Positions 40,084 to 54,775 of a stretch of DNA of 64,000 nt are shown here, in pieces. Source of the stretch: Geosiphon pyriformis uo1. Taxonomy: Eukaryota; Fungi; Glomeromycota. The position numbers were made by a program, and so were the translations under genes. The stretch spans positions 496,001 to 560,000 of the forward strand of contig JAAOMT010000703.1 of the NCBI GenBank assembly GCA_016748015.1, given 5' to 3'. The notes under the pieces were generated by a model. The model worked only from the letters and a program-made list of their open reading frames with translations, ran no database searches and was not told where the DNA came from. Position 1 is the first letter of the stretch. Each line of letters begins with the position of its first letter.

Positions 40084-40857
40084 TGTTACTCATAGAATAT
40101 GAGAATTCTTGTATGAGAAATTGCAGGATTTCAGAATTCCAGAATTCTTTTCAAAGGAATTGCAGGATTTCAGAAATTCCAGGATTCTTAATGTGAAGAA
40201 TTGAGGAATTGAGGAATCTCAATTATGTATATATAGCAGTAATATTAGAAGCTAGAAAATTAGGAAAAATTAGGCAGTCAATTAGGCTTAAAGTTAAGAA
40301 GACTGAGAGTCAGTAGGACTCTCAGAGTCAATTAGACTCACAAGTCATAATTATTAAATATTCTTTCTTCAAAAAATAAAATACTATAACTTGAAGTGAA
40401 ATCACTCCCATATTAATGTTATTATCCACTACTGTCAACATTTGAGATTAAATTACAACCACATATCAGCAGAATCAGCTTTCAATTTCTACGTCAATAA
40501 AAGAATTGTCCATCTGTTAAGAACATTAGTAAATATTGAATCGGTAAGAGAAGCCTTTTACAGTGAATTAATTCAAAATACCAACCTGTCAACAAATCAC
40601 AATTTCGCCTCCATTATCATGGAAATCAACAAAGAAATTGAACACCATACACAGCAAAGATACTCCATTACTTATACGAGCAAAAGCAAAGAAAAACTGC
40701 AAACACCAGCAGTAACACTCAAAAGAACTTAACCAAATCCTTTGGATATAAATCTTTCAAACACAAACCTTCAGATCACTCTCAACTGCAACTAGATTTG
40801 AGCACCAAGTTATAGGTTTGTTATTTAATCCAACACCAGAAGTAGTCATTTGTAATA
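40084..40857 (+). mobile_element. 774-bp chimeric solo-LTR-like insertion containing a gag N-terminal fragment, TSD CTGC
   Basis: TGTTACTCATAG start, TGTAATA end, CTGC on both sides; middle (ORF 40442..40732) is gag extension. Confidence 0.85.
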
Positions 40858-43022
40858 CTGCCCAATAGATTGCTAAGTGTTCTAATGCTGGTGTTTCATA
40901 GTTTTTTTCAGCTGAACTTAAGCTGCAACTAGCATATACTACTGGGTGTTCTTTTCCATCTGGTCTTTTCTAAGATAGTACTGCTTCTAATGCTTAATCC
41001 AACACATTGGTTGTGATTATAAATGGCTTGCTATAATCTGAATAGATTAGTACTAAAGCTTAAATAAGCTTTCTTTTTAATGTATCAAAAGCTTTTTGTT
41101 GAGTTTCTGTTCATTCATATTTGGTGTTCTTTGTTTGAAGCTGGTGTAATAACTGAGCCAGTTTGAAAAAGTCTTTGATAAAATGGCAGTAGTAATCTGC
41201 AAATTCTAAAAATGCTCATAGTTTAGTTAAGTTGGTGAGTACTAGAAAGTTTTTAACTATTTCAATTTTGTTTGAATCCATCTTGATTCCGTTTTTGCTT
41301 ACAACATGTTCCAAAAATTTTAATTTTGTTTTGCCAAAGAAGCATTTGGTGGCATTTAACTTTAATTCAGCTTTTTTTAGTCTTTTAAATACTTGTTGAA
41401 AATAGTGTAAATGATCATCAAATGTTTTGAAAAACACATTAGTATTATCTAAATAAATAACTACTGATTTTTACAATAATTCAATATAAACAATTTCCAT
41501 GAGCCATTGAAAGATGGCTGGAACATTCATTAAGCCAAAAGGCATAACTTTAAATTCAAAATTTTTTTCTTGGGTTGTAAAAACTTTTTTCTTCTTATCT
41601 TCTGGTTTTATGGCTACTTGTCAATAATTACTGTCCAAGTCTAAAGTTGAGAACCATTTCTTTTCTCCAAAAGCATTAAAAAGTTTTTGGATTTTTGGAA
41701 TCAGATAGCTATATTCTTTGGTTACTCTATTAAGTTTTCAGTAATCTACACAAAAGTGGATTTTCCCATTTTTCTTACAGACTAGTACTATGAATAATGA
41801 TCATAGACTCATTGATAGTTAGATTAACTTATTGTCTAACATCTGGTTAATTTCTTGTCAGATGATTTCATGACTTGTTAGTAGTACTTGGTATGCTCTT
41901 TGTTTGATTGGCATTGTATTTCTAATTTTGATTTGATGTTGAATTATGTCTGTTTTGTCAAATTCATTTTTACTTGCAAAGATGTCATTAAAGTTGTTGA
42001 GTAATATTTTAAGCTGCATCTATTGTAGTAAGTCTAGATTTTTCAAGTTTATTTGTTCCAATTGTTTTGGTTAGAGCAGATAATATTTGTTTTGTTCATA
42101 TATTGTTTGTAATATAATATCTATATATCTACACAGTTGTAGAAAGTCTGGAATGGGATTTGGTGATTGTTTTTCAACTTCAGTGCTTAAATATCTGATG
42201 GTAGTTTTTTTTGATATCTTAAAAACATCTCTTATTATGTTGTAGATAGGAATTTTAACATGTTTTAGGCTCTTAACTGGTATGTAAAGATTGGTAAATC
42301 CAATCTTTCCTGATTTACAGATGATAGTTTCCATTTCAAAAATTTGGGCTTGATTCTTTACTTTCCTATGACTAACATGTACTGATTATATGATAAAATA
42401 GAAATTAATTGACAGGTAAAGATAATTTTTTCTTTGTCAATAACCTCTTTCTCTGCCATATTAATTGGTATATCTATTCTACTTGTAAATTTGAATCCAT
42501 TAATCTCTCTTGCTGTTATTCCTAATTTCTTCTTTTTTTCTATTAACACTAATTAAGCTATTTTAACCAGAAGCAGAAATATTGCTTGTGCTATCTTTTT
42601 ATTTGGCTCTATGATATAGGTCTTTTCTGAGTTATTTTGTAGCATTGCAATAATATTTCCTATATATTCTGCATCAATTATTTTTCCTCTGATATTGATT
42701 CTTTTTTTTACTAAACTACTCCTAGATGCTAATTGAACTATTGTTGTTGCTAGAATTTCCAGTGCTATTTTGAGATTGATGCAGGTGTGCAAATGTGGTT
42801 CTAATTTTATGGCTTCTTTTTCTGGATATTTCAGATCAAACTCTGCATTAATATTATGTGTGCATTCTGACATAATACTTTCATTGTTATTGCTAAACCA
42901 TTTTAGTTTTTGCTTTTTGGACAGATTAAGGAATGCAATATATTGCTCTGAGTTTGAATTGGAGTATGAATTGTTATTATTATTATTGCCATTTTGAATA
43001 AAGCTGGAACTGTTGTTTTTGT

Positions 43023-46000
43023 TGTTACAGGTAATTATTTGGGGTCTTGAATCAAATAACAAACTCATAACTTGGTGCTCAATAACTAAGATAGTTGATG
43101 ATATCTGAAGGTTTTGTTTGAGTCTTTTGTATAATGAACAGAGATTTACTTATTGTTTTATCTGTAGCTTCTCAGAATTGCAATTCCATCAAATTTTTTT
43201 CTTAGCATGATGGCTGGTAATTCTTCTAGTAAGCTATCCTCAATCAAGTATTCTACTCTTATTCTTGGATCTTTTACCAGTCACATATATTCTGATGTCA
43301 GTATCTTCATGTGTTAATCTTTTTAATCAAGTTAATAATCAAAATAAACAAAAACAGAAAATAATAAAAAATAAAAATAAAAAATAAAAAAAATAAAAAA
43401 TAAGCCAAGACAATGAATATTAATATCTCATTAATAGTCTAATCAAGAGCTATTGTTCTAGTGTGGTTAAATATCAGTTACTATCAACATGAAGTATTGA
43501 TAATGGAAGAGTGGATTGAGAGAACAAATAATTATTTATTAATATTTGTGAATTTAGAAGATTGCTTAAATAAAATCTAAACTGAAAAGTCTGTCTTTTC
43601 TACTTTTAATGCTATTGCTATATATACATAATTGAGATTCTTCAATTTCTCAATTCTTTACACCAGAAATCCTGGAATTCTGGAATTCTGCAATTTCTTT
43701 AAGAAGAATCCTGGAATTCTGGAATTCTGTAATTCTTTTGAGAGGAATCCTGGAATTCTAGAATTCTGCAATTTTTCATATGAGAATCTTGAAATTCCTG
43801 GAATTCTGTAATTCTGGAATTTTGCAATTTCTCATATGAGAATCTTAAAATTCCTGGAATTCTGTAATTCTTCTAAGAGAAATCTTGGAATTTCACATTT
43901 ACTATGTCTATTTTTGATTGGCTAATTTATATGTTAATATACTTTTTATATTCTAAGAATAACATTATTTTTTCCTTTTAATATTGAGCTTCATCAAGAT
44001 CTTCTAATTTTAACTTTCCATCTTTGAGTATTTTTTGAACTTTTTTTTTATGAATTACTTGTGTTATTTTGTTCTGTAATTTTTCAAATTGGACATTGGT
44101 TATTTTTTCCATTTGGTTAATAGTAATAATGTCCATTGTTAAATTGAGTAAGATTTTTGATCAGTCTTAAAATCCAATTTGTAATTGATAGATGGCTTGT
44201 GTTTGTGTGGTTAGATTGTTCTTTTCCACAAATTGCTCAAGTTGTTGTAAAATTTCTGGATTAAATAATTACTTTATTTTATTTGTATATAAGTTTTAGA
44301 TATTCAGATGTTGTCCCAAGTAGAAATAATAAAAGTTCTTTGGAAATTCTTGTATTCACTACTTTCAAGTTTCTTTGGTCAATTCTTGATATGTGGTAAC
44401 TCTTGTTGGCTTTTTTATTGCCAATTTTACTTTTAAAATTATTTTGTCAATGGTGTTTTCTGGTTTCTTCTGTACTTTGTTTTGGGGTATTTTCCTGGTA
44501 TCTCTGTATTAAATGGTTTGTTAGTTGATAGTAATTTCTATATTTTATTGTTGAATTAATTGAAAAAGTTGTTGTACTAATGAGTAAATCTCAACAGTAA
44601 TTTCCATTTTTTTGATATCTTCTATCATGTCTACCACACCTTTATATATTCTTTTAGTCAATTAATTTAATGTGTTTGTGTCAATGATAATAATTAGTTT
44701 TAGATCTTGTGGAATTTTATCTGGTCAGATTAGTATTTTCTGTACTCTTAACTGTGAGATATTATTAACAGATAATGATACTATATTGTAATATGATTTC
44801 AGTTAATTACTATGTGTTGCTTTGGCTAAGATTTTGTTGTTTCATCTTAATTTATAAGCTTTATTTCCAAGAATTTTTTCTATGTAAAATGGTCCATCTC
44901 ATTTGGTGTCAAATTTTTTACTCTATTGTTTTTTCATTTTGGTATAATATAAAAGTACTTTGTCTCCAATCCTGAATTCAACTAGTTTATCTGATAGTTG
45001 GTTATCATGTCTTTTTTTTTGTTTTTCTTGTGACTTTTGAATATTATCAGCTGCTCTTTGCCATTTGTTTTCTAGTGTTTTTATTAAGTCATATGTTCTT
45101 CTTAACAATGTTTCTTGAAAATTGTTTTCTGTTATTGGCTCAGTTAAATACATACTGATTTCTATTTTCACTGGTAGTATTGCTATTCTACCGTACACTA
45201 ATTCAAATAGTCTTGCTTATGTAGTATCTTGTTTTATTGTTCGATAAGCAAATAATACTGATGGTATAAACAAATTCTATTTGTCTTGATTTTCTTGGCT
45301 GATTTTGGCAATTGCTTCACACAATGTTCTATTGAATCTTTCAACTAAGCTATTGGTTTGTGGATAATATGATAATAATAATAGTCTTTTTATTCCAAAT
45401 CTTTGACTTAATTCTGCCAATGTTCTATTTACAAAGTGAGTTTCTTAGTCAGATAGTAATTTCTTTGGGCATCTGTATTGACAAATCAAATCTTGATAAA
45501 TGAATTCAGCAACAAATTTTGCATCTGCTTTTTGAATGGCTTTTACTTCTGGCCACTTAGTAAGATAATTTATGGCTACTACAATATATCTGTTTTCTCT
45601 GCTGGTTATTGTTAATGGTTTAATTAAATCAATTCCAATACAATCAAATGGTTGTTCTACTTTAATTGATCTCAATGGCTCACTGGGTTTTGTTCTTTCT
45701 CTTCTCTGACAAGCATCACAATTTTGAATATATTGGATAATATTTAGATACATAAATGGCCAATAGTATCTTTTTCTGATCCTTTCTATGGTTGTTTTTT
45801 TGTAAAAATGTTCTATTGTTAAATTAGAGTGCATGTTGAATAATATTGTTTTTTTCTTTGGTTCTGTGATTACTCTGATTGGTTGATCTGAATTCTTTCT
45901 GTTTTTCTGATAAAGTATATCTTGGTAAGTAATAAAATATTTGGATTATTGTTTAATATAGCTTTGTTCTTTTGGAGATAATTTTTTCTTAAACTGCTAG

Positions 46001-49000
46001 GTATTAATATAGTGTTGTAGTTGTTAAAATTTTTATATATTCATCTTTTGTTATATTTTTGGATTGAAATGTTTTTAGATTTGTCTCATTCATGACAAGC
46101 CATTAGCATTTCTTTTTTTTTTCTTTTTTTGTAATATACTGTATAATTAAATAGTAAAAGTTCAATTTTCTATTTAGCATGGCAATTATCTCCAAATTCT
46201 TGTTTCTGAATTGAAGTTAATCCTTTATGGTTAGTGTATATGTCAAATTTCTGGCTTAAGTATTCTTTCCACTTCATGACTGCCCAATAGATTGCTAAGT
46301 GTTCTAATGCTGGTGTTCTATAGTTCTTTTCAGCTGGACTTAAGCTGCAATTAGCATATGCTACTGGGTGTTTTCTTTTATTTGGTTCTTTCTAAAATAG
46401 TACTGTTCCTAATGCTTGATCTAATACATTAATTGTAATTATAAATAGCTTGCTATAATCTAGATAAATCAGTACTGGAGCTTGAATAAGTTTTTTTCTT
46501 AATATATTAAAAGCTTTTTGTTAAGTTTTTGTTCATTTATATTTGGTGTTTTTTGTTTAAAGCTGGTATAATAGCTAAGCCAGTTTGGAAAAAACTTTGA
46601 TGAAGTGGCAATAGTAACCTGTAAATCCCAAGAATGCTTGTAATTTGGTCAAATTGGTGAATACTGGAAAGTTTTTAACTATCTCAATTTTGTTTGGATC
46701 CATCTTAATTCTATTTTTACTTATGACATGTCCCAAAAACTTCAATTTTGTTTTTTCAAAAAAGCATTTGGTGGCATTTAACTTTAATCCAGCTTTTCTT
46801 AGTTTTTTAAATACTTGTTGAAAATGATATAAATGATCATTGAATGTTTTTGAGAACACATTGGTATTATCCAAGTATACAACTACTGATTTTTATAACA
46901 GTCTAGTATAGACAATTTTCATGAGCTGTTAAAATGTTGCTGAAGCATTCATCAAGCCAAATGACATTACTTCAAACTCAAAATTTTTTTCTTGGATTGT
47001 AAAAACCATTTTCTTCTTATCTTTTGGTTTCATGGCTACTTGCCAATAATCACTGTTTAAGTCTAAAGTTAAGAACTATTTCTTTCCTCCAAAGCATCAA
47101 AAAGTTCTTAGATCTTTGGAATTGGGTAGCTATCTCCCTTGGTTACTCTATTAAGTTTCTGGTAATCTACACAAAAGTGGATTTTTCTATTCTTTTTACA
47201 GATTAATACCACTGGTAATGACCATGGACTTATTGATAGTCGAATTAACCTATTGTCTAACATTTGATTGATCTCTTGTCAGATAATTTTATAACTTGCT
47301 AGTAGTACTTAGTATGCTCTTTGTTTGATTGACATTGTATCTCTGGTCTTGATCTGGTGCTGGATTATGTCAAGTTCTGCCAAATTTGTTTTTACTTGCA
47401 AAAATGTTAGTAAAGTTGTTGAATAACATTTTGAGTTGCATATACTGGAATAGGTCTAAGTTTCCCAAATTCATTTATTTTAATTGTTTTGGTTGGAGCA
47501 AATAACATTCATTCTGTCTGTAAATTGTTTGTGATGTTATGTCAACATATTCACACAGTTGTAGAAAGTCTGAAATGGGGTTTGGTAGTTGGTTTTCGAT
47601 TTCAGTAATTAAATATCCAATGGTAGTTTTTTCTGGTATTTCAATAATGTCTCCCATATTATTGTAAATGGGAATTTTGATGTGACTATGGTTCTTGGCT
47701 GGTATGTGTAGATTAATTAATCCAATCTTTTCTGATTTACAAAGTGTGACTTCTGCTTCAAAAATCTGAACCTGATTCTTTACTTTTCTCTTTATGGCTA
47801 ACATGTACTGGTCATATGATAGAATAGAAATTGATTGATGAGTGGAAATAATTTCTTCCTTGTTAATAATCTTTTCCTCTGCCATATTGACTGGTACATC
47901 TATTTTACCCATGAATTTGAATTCACTAATCCTTTTAGCTGTAATCCTTAGTTCTTTTCTGTCTTCCACTAATATTAACTGAGCTATTTTAACCAAAGAC
48001 AAGAATATTGCCTGTGCTATCTTTTCATTTGGCTCTATGATATAAGCTTTTTCTGAGTTATTTTGTAGCATTGCAATAATATTTTCTACATATCCTGCAT
48101 CAATTATTCTTTCTCTGATAATGATTTTTTTTTTTGCTAAACTACTTCTAAATGCTAATTGAACCATTGTTGTTGCTTTGATTTTTAGTACTACTTTTAG
48201 ATCAATACATATGCATGAATGTGATTCCAATTTAATAGCGTTCTTTTTTGAATATTTTAGATCAAATCTGATATTGGTATCATGTATATGTTTTGGCATA
48301 ATACCTTTATTATTATTACTAAACTATTTCAATCTCTGCTCCTTGGTAAGATTAGAAAGTACAATGTATTGTTTGGGGTTTGAATTGTTGTTGTTGTAAT
48401 TGCCATTTTGAACAGAACTGAAATCATTGTTTTTGTTGTCATTGTTGCTAGAGTTTAAATCAGAATTGAAATTTGATTCTGATTCCAATATGCAGCTGCT
48501 GATTGGTTTTTCCTCTTTAGAGATTGTGTAGATCATGCATGGTAGTAGATTGTAAATAAGATCACACTCATTACAATATTCAAAGTCACATGAAATCAAA
48601 CAGTAGTTACATAGTTATGTGTTTATTTCTTCCAAATGTTGCTCTTGTTTTTTCCAAGTAAATGCCAAAATCTAATAATAATGGTCATGGAATTCTTCTG
48701 AACTGGCTTTAATGTCGAGGAAAGCATCTGGGTTGGGAATAAAAAAAGTTTCAACTGGTTTTGGTGAGTTATTCTTTATCTTCAATATTTCACTGGGTAA
48801 AGCATCTTTGATTTTGGTACTTGCCATTCTCCAGATCTTGTCTTTGTCATGTAAGTAGCTGTCCAAACATGCCAAAACACAGTTTCATGTGGTATTAAAA
48901 AGTGTTCCATGACTGATCCAGTTACTAATGAGGATTGTGTATTGGCATGAGGCATTGCATATTTCTCCTTGACCAGAAATGTCATTTCACATTTCTTTGT

Positions 49001-52000
49001 TGAGTAGCTGTTCTCCACAAGTAAGACATGATTCATTGTCCTACTTGTCTTGTTGTTTGGGGTATCTATAGCATTTCTTGTGACATGGTTTGCAGTAGTA
49101 ATGGGTATGTGTTCAATAGTTTTCATTAGGTGTAATCTATGCTCCTATAGAAAAAAGTTTCTTGCCATAATCTTGGCATTTGAGTGGGATGTATGGTGGT
49201 TTTTTAATGAGTTTGTGTAAGTATAATTGTTTTCAGCCACTGGTTATTTCTTCTGTGGCTGTAAGTTCTTCATGTTTGTCCTCTTCTTTTTCTTTTTCTT
49301 TGTCATTCCAAAAGAGTACTGGTGGCAGTTTATTGTAATTAGTGTTAGCTTATGAGACTTGATAGACTTCTTAGGTGAATTTATTTACTACTTTTTTCTC
49401 AAATTTTATTAATAATATTGGTGTATTAATGGTTTTAAAATGTCCACAAGTGGCTGGCATACATATGTGTTGGCCATTTTGGCTGAGCTGTAGCTTTTGA
49501 GTGTTCCAGTCAAGCATAGTATTGGTTTTGGACAACCAATTTTTGCCAATGAGTGTTTAGTATTGAGTTGCTTCTATTACTAAGACTTTAATAGGTATAA
49601 TGATGCTATTGACTTCAAAGGGAAAGTCATCAATTTTGCCAACAGAAGTTTTGGTTGCTCCATCAGCTATAATAATTTTGGCACTGGCAGCTTGATCAAC
49701 TTGGCAACTTAATTGGTCCATGAATTGTCACATAATAATGCTGCCTGCTGAACTACTGTTCAAGATCTGTTTAATTGGCTAACCATTAATTTTGGCATTG
49801 GTATACATCACAATAAAAAATTTTTTATTAAAAGTGACTCCACTAAAAAATGGCATTTCTACTTGGTTTTTTAATTTTAATAAAAAGATGGTTGCTAAAA
49901 AGTCATCATTAGTAATAGTTGCTAGAAGTATATTACTAATAAGTGATTGTTTTTGATTGGGTTTTGGTTTGTTGGGTGTAGTATCTTCTAAGATAACTAA
50001 GAGACTTAAATAGTTCTGGGAATTTGAGTTTTGAGCATACTCAATTCCTGAACTCTGCTGGTGTGATCCTGATGATGAGTTTCCTAAACTGAAGATTGAT
50101 TAATGAACTATTATTACTGATTTCCAGCTTTGTTAAGTCATTTTTGGCCTTTGGTTTTTAAGTAACATTGGAACTGGATTTTGAAACAGTATTTGAATCA
50201 GTTGGGGCTGATAGATTACTTGTGACTGTGGTGGTTGATAAATTATTGGGACAGTTGGCTGATAAATTAAAAGTACATATATTGGCTGCTACATTATTTA
50301 AGTGTAATTAGATTGATATTGATCTTGATTTGGGTAATAGTTTGGAGTTTGAAATCTGCAATCAGGGTTTCTGTATTGATTTCTCAATCATGAGTTATTA
50401 TAAAATTGGCAGTTAGCTCTCAGGTAATCTTGTTTACCACAGTTGTGACAAATATGTGTTTCTTGCTGTTACAGCTAATTGTATGAGAAAGATGGATGTG
50501 ACTGATTTTGAAAACAATTCGCATTTTCTTAATTATTTTATCATTGTGAAGGTTAATAAATGGCTTGATTGTTAACTAAGTATCCCTCTAATTTCTGATT
50601 GATTGAGTTGCTAAATTGCTTTAGCTTGAAATCCAAGTCAGATAATCTGTTTATTACTAGATTTATGGCTTGAGCATAGTTGATTTCTAATTCAGCTGAT
50701 TCTAAATCTCTGACATGGGTAATAACTGCTTGAAGATTGGCTGGGTGTAGTAGACATATACATTGTAGAATGCTGCTGCATAATTCATGGATGAATTAAT
50801 TCAAGATTTGGGTTATGGTGAAATAATTAGTATTGATGGCTTAAATCTGACACAAGTTTCTATGAAAGCATCTTAAGTAAGTAGTGACTGTTTTAATTTC
50901 TCCTTGCTTAATTGTGGTAAATGTATTTGTTAAGTGGTTAATACTATTATTATTGCTAAAATATTGCAGGAACTCAATCTTGAATGTGTTAAAATCTTGT
51001 GGTTTTTTGGCCAAGCTTTAATACCATGAGTTGGTAATATTCTAAAGAAAGTATGGAATGGCTTGGAGTGCTCTGGTGTTATTCTATCTGTTGGCTGTGA
51101 TGGCTTTTTCTATATTGTTGAATCATACTTGGATATTGTCCTTCTTACCAGTAAATTTCTCAATTTTGGTGATGGGTTCATATGCCATTGGTACTAATAA
51201 TAGTTGTGATTACAGTTAGAATTGTTGTTGCAGTTGCTGCTAGTGTGGTGGTTGTAGCTATTGCTGTTGCTGTTTGGCAATTAGTAGGGCTGGTGGTGGA
51301 TTGATCATGATTACTAGAGGTAAGTGTTGTTAATTAATAATTTCAGAGTTTAGATTGTTCTGATTTTTCTGAGTTTGAATATTTGGGGTTTGGTTTTCTG
51401 GGTTTTTTGAGATTAGGTTTTGGTAATTAAATTCCTAATCCTTGTTTTCTTTTTTTTTTGATTCTGTTACTTTCCAAAGACTTGCAGTTCTGAAATCTGG
51501 TGAGGTGGCAGTAATCAAAATTCTGATAAAGTCAGTAATCGTGATTTAAATCTTTTAAAATAATTACCATAGATTCTTAATAATTCTGTTTTCTTTTGTT
51601 TACTTTGAAATGAGAGTTGAACTAATAATAATTTTACATTTGAGGTGAATGCATCTGGTAATAAAATATTAATGGCGCTTTTAGGTGTATAATAATATGA
51701 TAGGTTGGTTGGGAATTTTACTCTTGTTTTTTTCCAAGTAAGTGGTTGTATTTTTTAAGATATTATTGCTGGTGTTTGTAGTTTTTTTTTGCCTTTGTTT
51801 GTGTAGATAATTGGGTATCTTTGTTGAGTATAATGTTTAATTTCTCTATTGATTTCAATAAGAATTACTGTGAAATTATAATTTGTTGGTAGGCTGGTAT
51901 TTTGAATTAATTTGTTGTAAAAATTTCTTTTTGTGAAGTTGGTTTTTACTGGTACTTCTAGCAAATATGAGATTTTTTTGTTGACATAGAAATTGAAAGC

Positions 52001-53034
52001 TGATTCTGCTAATAAGTAATTGTTGGTTAATCCTAAGTGTTGACAGTAATATTGGAATAAGGATTAGGTAAATCTTAGATAATTTGTCTCTATTCTTTCT
52101 AGTTCTGCCACTTTTGGATGGTTGTTGGTTGATGCTGGTTTTCTGTAGGATTATACTTTACAGAAAGCACCAAATATTACAAGTAATTATTTGGGGTTTC
52201 AAAGCAAATAACAAATCCATAACTTAATGCTCAATTAATATAATAATGTTGGTTTTTAAAGGTTTTCATAATCTGAAGATTTTGGGTTAAAGTTTTTTGT
52301 ATAATGAACAGAGATTCAATAATATCTTAGTAGCCTTCCAGAATTACAATTCTATCAAATTTCTTTCTTAACATAGTGGCTAGTAATCTGACAAAAATGT
52401 CTTTCTAGTAAGCTATTCTTAAATTTTCTACTCTATACTCTTCTTTTGGGGTCTTTTATCAGGTTATCTTTAATATTAATAACTCAGTGCTTAATCTTTA
52501 ATCAAATTAGTTGACAACAAGAAAGAACAAAATAAAAGAAAATAAAAAATAAAAGAAAATAAAAAAATAAGCCAAAGCAATTAATGTTAGTATCCCATTA
52601 ATAGTCATGATTAAGAGCTATTGTTCTAGCATGATTAAGTATTTAATACTATTAACATGAAGTGTTGATAGTGGAAAATGAATTGAGATAGTGAATAATT
52701 ATTTATTGGTATTTGTGAATTAGAAGGTTGCTTAGATGAAATTTAAAACTGAGAGATCTGTCTTTTTTACTTCTAATGTTACTGCTATATATACATAATT
52801 AAGATTTCTCAATTTCTCAATTCTTCATATCAAGAATTCTGGAATTTTTGGACTGTAATTTTTTTGAGAGGAATTTTGGAATTCTAGAATCCTGCAATTT
52901 CTCATACAAGAATTCTGAAATTTCTGGAATTTTGCAATTCTTTTAAGAGGAATTCTGGAATTCTACATTTATTATGGCTACTTTTAATTGGCTAATTTAT
53001 ATGCTAATATTCTTCCTATATTCTATAAGTAACA
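43023..53034 (-). mobile_element. Full-length-sized Gypsy copy with mismatched LTR subtypes (3' LTR 43023-43964; 5' LTR 52175-53034), no TSD
   Basis: All domains colinear; PBS 52157-52172; PPT 43965-43979; flanks TTGT vs GCAG. Confidence 0.9.
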
Positions 53035-53056
53035 GCAGCTGCACAACATTTTATTT

Positions 53057-53190
53057 CTTATATGAGAATCTTGAAATTCCTGGAATTTTGCAATTCTTCT
53101 AAGAGGAATCTTGGAATTTCACATTTACTACAATTATTTCTGATTGGTTAATTTATGCTAATATATACTTTCTATATACTATGAGTAACA
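53057..53190 (-). repeat. Partial LTR (U3 end)
   Basis: GGAATT array, ATTGG (CCAAT), ends ATGAGTAACA. Confidence 0.8.
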
Positions 53191-54775
53191 ACACTAACAC
53201 ATCAAATTAAACAAACTAAAAGAATATAAAGACATAGTAGACACAACAAAAGACATTAAAAAAATGGAAATTACTAACAATATTCACTCACTAACACAAC
53301 AACTTTTTCAACTAATCTAATAACAAAAAATGAAAATTACATTCAATCAACAAACTATCAGATACAAAAACACCAAAAAAGAATTACAAGATAAAATTCG
53401 GAAAAAAACAGAAAACAATATTAACAAAATAATCACAAAAGTAAAATTGGTAATTGAAGCCCAACCAAAGATCACCTAATATTAAGAATTGATGATAAAA
53501 ACATGGAATTGGTGAATACAACAATTTCCAAGAAACTTTTGTTATTACCACTTGGGACAAAATTTGAATATTCAGAACTTATACACAGATAAAACAAAGT
53601 GGTTATTCAATTCAAAAATATTACAAAAACTTGAACAATTTGTAAAAAAAAACAATTTAACCACACAAATACAAGCCATCTATTGATTACAAGTTGGATT
53701 TTAAGACCAACCAGAAATCTTACTCAATCCAATAATGGATTCTATTACCATTAACCAAATAGAAAAAATAACCAATGCCCAATTCAAAGAATTACAAAAC
53801 AAGATAACACAAGTAATTCTCGAAAAAAAAGTTCAAAAAATATTCAAAGATAGAGAATTAGAATTAGGAAATCTCAACAAAGCTCAATATTAAAAGGAAA
53901 AAATAATGTTACTCATAGAATATAAGAAGTATATTAGCATATAAATTAGCCAATTAAAAGTAAACATAGTAAATATGGAATTCCAGGATTTTTCTCAGAG
54001 GAATTACAGAATTCCAGAAATTTTAGGATTCTTGTATAAGAAATTGCAAGATTCCAAAATTGCAGGATTCCTTAAAGAAATTGCAAGATTCCAGGAATTT
54101 CAGAATTTCTGGTGTGAAGAATTAAGAAATTGAGAAATCTCAATTATGTATATATAGTAGTAGCATTAAAAGTAGAAAAGACAGACTTCTTAGTTTAAAT
54201 TTTATTTAAGCAACCTTCTAATCCACAAATATCAAATAAATAATTATTTGTTCTTTCAATCTACTCTTTTACTATCAACACTTTATGTTGATAATAACTG
54301 ATACTTAATTACACTGGAACAATAACTCTTGATTACAGCTATTAATAAGATACTAATATTTATTGCCTTGGCTTATTTTTTTTAGTTTCTGTTATTTTTA
54401 TTTTTATTCTTTTCTTTGTTATTTCTCATTGTTGACTAATTGATTAAAGATTAAGTGCTAAGTTACAAATGTCATAGAGACTGGTAAAAGATCTGTGAAA
54501 CAAGGGTAAAGAACTTATAGATTTGAGAATAACTTATCAGAAGGATTACTGGCCATTATGCTAAGAAAAAAATTTGATAGAATTGCAATTCTGGGAAACT
54601 ATTAAAACAACAACTAAATCTCTGTCCATTATACAAAGAACTCAACTAAAAACTTTCAGATAACCAAAATCTTCAAATACAAACAACCTTCAGATATTAT
54701 CAACTATATTAGTTATTGAGCACCAAGTTATAAGTTTGTTATTTGCTTTAAGACTCTAAATAATCACCTGTCATA
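53191..54775 (+). mobile_element. 3' end of a Gypsy copy: accessory ORF, PPT, 3' LTR (53907-54775)
   Basis: Colinear with 37050-38570. Confidence 0.88.

Larger units (their letters stand above)
27703..43022 (-). mobile_element. Outer Gypsy internal region (3' ORF, IN, RNase H, RT, dUTPase) split by insertions at 28581-38570 and 40084-40857
   Basis: IN resumes exactly across the CCAT TSD and RNase H across the CTGC TSD; ORFs 27964..28296, 38790..39002, 39261..39461, 41216..41437, 42553..43068. Confidence 0.9.

Noticed and set aside
42553-43068. LTR-end/dUTPase in-frame fusion (also LTR-end/RT fusion ORF 2861..3112)
   Set aside because: Depends on the rejected U5 ORF; only two cases; the dUTPase here is mutated and truncated before motif 5
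43660-43895. CRISPR-like array
   Set aside because: No unique spacers, eukaryotic context, part of LTR U3
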